A stretch of DNA of 64,000 nt. Origin: Camelus dromedarius (taxonomy: Eukaryota). A model generated the notes under the pieces. The model did not search any database. It worked only from the letters and a program-made list of their open reading frames with translations, and was not told the origin of the DNA. Position numbers and translations under genes: made by a program. Location of the stretch: positions 25,050,001 to 25,114,000 of the forward strand of contig NC_087436.1 in the NCBI RefSeq assembly GCF_036321535.1, read 5' to 3'. Positions 63,056 through 64,000 of this stretch are shown here, piece after piece; position 1 is the first letter of the stretch, and every line of letters begins with the position of its first letter.

Positions 63056-64000
63056 TTCAAAAATACTTACTCTCTTTCTCTGGGAAGTGTGAATATCGGA
63101 CCTACTTTGTTTGATTTTAGAACTGTTTGAAGTTTCTTCTTTCAATTTATCTTTATTACTTTTCTGGAACCACCCAGTTTTTGTTAATCTAGGAGGGACA
63201 GGGCAGTACCCTTCTGACTGTATGGGAACTGAATGAAGTACTGAATAGCTGTGAACTTTGGGTTGCCCAATAAGTTGTTAAATTAATTGTACCTGGTTGA
63301 AGTGCATGGATGGTATCATCTTGATCTTACCCCAGTTCTTCTCTTGATTTCCAAGAAATTTCCTCTTTCTCCAGGCCTAGGCTCATAGCATCAGTGTAGC
63401 ACAGTTTCATTTAAGCAGAAAAACTAATCATTAACTAAATTTGTGACTTGAATACAGTATTTTCTCAATTCTAATATGCCATCAGTTGCAAAATATACCC
63501 TTGACTTATAATTAGTTTTCATGGAAAATTGTATAGAATATGCTCATCAATTGTAAAATGAATCCTCCTTCAGAAAGAAGTATGTGGTGTGTGTGTATGA
63601 AAATTAAAAGACATAGATGGTAACATTATATGAATAATTTGAAAGCTTTGATATGGTGTGAGTAGACCTATTCCAGGTTTTGCTTTTTCAGCTGGGGGAA
63701 ATAGACATTTTTCTCCTTCAGAATTTTCAAATCACTGGAATTCTTATGTCATAACAATTGTGGGTATTGTGCGGACTCCAAACTTTCCTGTTATCTTCTA
63801 TCAGAAAATGAGCTTTACCACAACTTTCCAGTTCTTAGCTTTCTTCAAAAATATCTTGTACCCTGTCCATTAAGTTGTTAAACAAAGCTAATACTCCAAC
63901 TTAGAATCTCATGAGCAGATAATAAATGAAAATACAGAAGCCACCTTTATTATATCACCATCTGAATCAGAACCACATAATTATATGCTAGAAATTGGCA

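Overview
AT-rich, CpG-depleted mammalian genomic DNA with no recognisable host protein-coding exon. A tRNA-Ala-derived Vic-1-like SINE is present, and I saw no Alu, Bov-tA/BovB, PRE-1 or Can-SINE, so the host is probably a camelid (inference). The main feature is a full-length, young LINE-1 on the minus strand (19372-26515). It has 12-bp TSDs, a CpG-rich 5'UTR, ORF1, a 400-nt inter-ORF spacer and ORF2, and is disrupted by two +1 homopolymer frameshifts, one late nonsense codon and a CCHC His-to-Leu change. The rest is 5'-truncated L1s, MaLR/ERVL/ERV1 solo LTRs, hAT fossils, MIR/L2 and microsatellites. The most unusual observations are a 65-bp near-perfect inverted repeat bracketing 563 bp (60497-61189), a TSD-flanked L1 whose 3'UTR is replaced by foreign polyadenylated sequence (46761-48748), and a reused L1 target site with three stacked poly(A) tails (58122-59033). 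Repeat family names come from memory of consensus motifs and need RepeatMasker/Dfam confirmation. I found no evidence for a novel multi-gene system.
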